This document shows, one piece after another, positions 63,549 to 64,000 of a stretch of DNA of 64,000 nt. The stretch comes from Mobula hypostoma (lineage: Eukaryota), in contig NC_086105.1 of NCBI RefSeq assembly GCF_963921235.1, positions 102,734,001-102,798,000 on the forward strand, given 5' to 3'. Both the position numbers and the translations under genes were made by a program. A model generated the notes under the pieces. It was not told the DNA's origin, did not search any database, and saw only the letters and a list, made by a program, of their open reading frames with translations. Every line of letters starts with the position of its first letter. Position 1 is the first letter of the stretch.

Positions 63549-64000
63549 TGCAATTTTGGGTCCTTTCTCCAAGGAAGGGTGTAGTAGATTGGAAGGGATC
63601 CAGAAACTCACAAGAAAGGTCATAGGAATAAATGGCTTGACATTTGAGAAGTGTTAGATGTCTCTGCGCTTGTACTCAATGGTGTTCAGACTAATAAGGA
63701 GCTATCTCAATGAAAACTATCAGAGACTGAAAGGCCTGGACAGAGTGGATGTGGAGAGAATGTTTCCATTAGGAGGAGATAATTGGATCCAAGGGCATGC
63801 CTTCAGAATTTAGGCTTGTCCCTTTAAAAGCGCTGAGGAGGAATTTCTTCAACCAAAGGGTAAAAAGAGGACATGGGATATCCTTGGCAGATAAAGTGGA
63901 GATGATTCTTCACCGTTTCTGTGCATATTAATGGAAAAAAAGGGAAAAGGTAGTGAGTATTTCCCCTTTAGGATCAGTGTGGCAAAGTATGTCGGGGTTA

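Larger units (their letters stand above)
55330..64000 (+). repeat. Segmental duplicate of ~17060-25625 (beta-globin block), open at the right window edge
   Basis: Collinear similarity through the 3' flank, gene, promoter and shared old TE junctions, up to 63910-63972 vs 25562-25625. Confidence 0.93.

Overview
Eukaryotic genomic DNA, most likely from a cartilaginous fish (probably a ray, judged from the globin sequences and the repeat families). It contains part of a haemoglobin cluster. Three intact three-exon globin genes lie on the minus strand; the ORF track shows them only in fragments because they are spliced. They are beta-1 (17755-19105), alpha (26934-27888) and beta-2 (56088-57348). 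Each encodes 142 aa, with canonical globin intron phases, GT-AG sites, promoter boxes and AATAAA signals. The beta-1 block (about 17.06-25.62 kb) is repeated about 38.2 kb away (about 55.33 kb to the window end), which predicts a second alpha gene just beyond the window and a co-oriented (alpha-beta)n array. Upstream of alpha, a local tandem duplication preserves two copies of a GATA + AP-1/NF-E2-like motif cluster (34.4-34.85 kb and 40.4-40.73 kb), a candidate intra-cluster erythroid enhancer. A 123-bp insertion with a 13-bp target-site duplication (TSD), about 330 bp upstream of the alpha ATG, carries an intact minimal hammerhead ribozyme core. Most other sequence is decayed retroelements (CR1, Rex1/Babar, RTE, Penelope-like, SINEs, solo LTRs), a Tc1 end, and a >2.1-kb pyrimidine-rich array expanded inside an LTR. 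All calls were read by eye; no searches were run.
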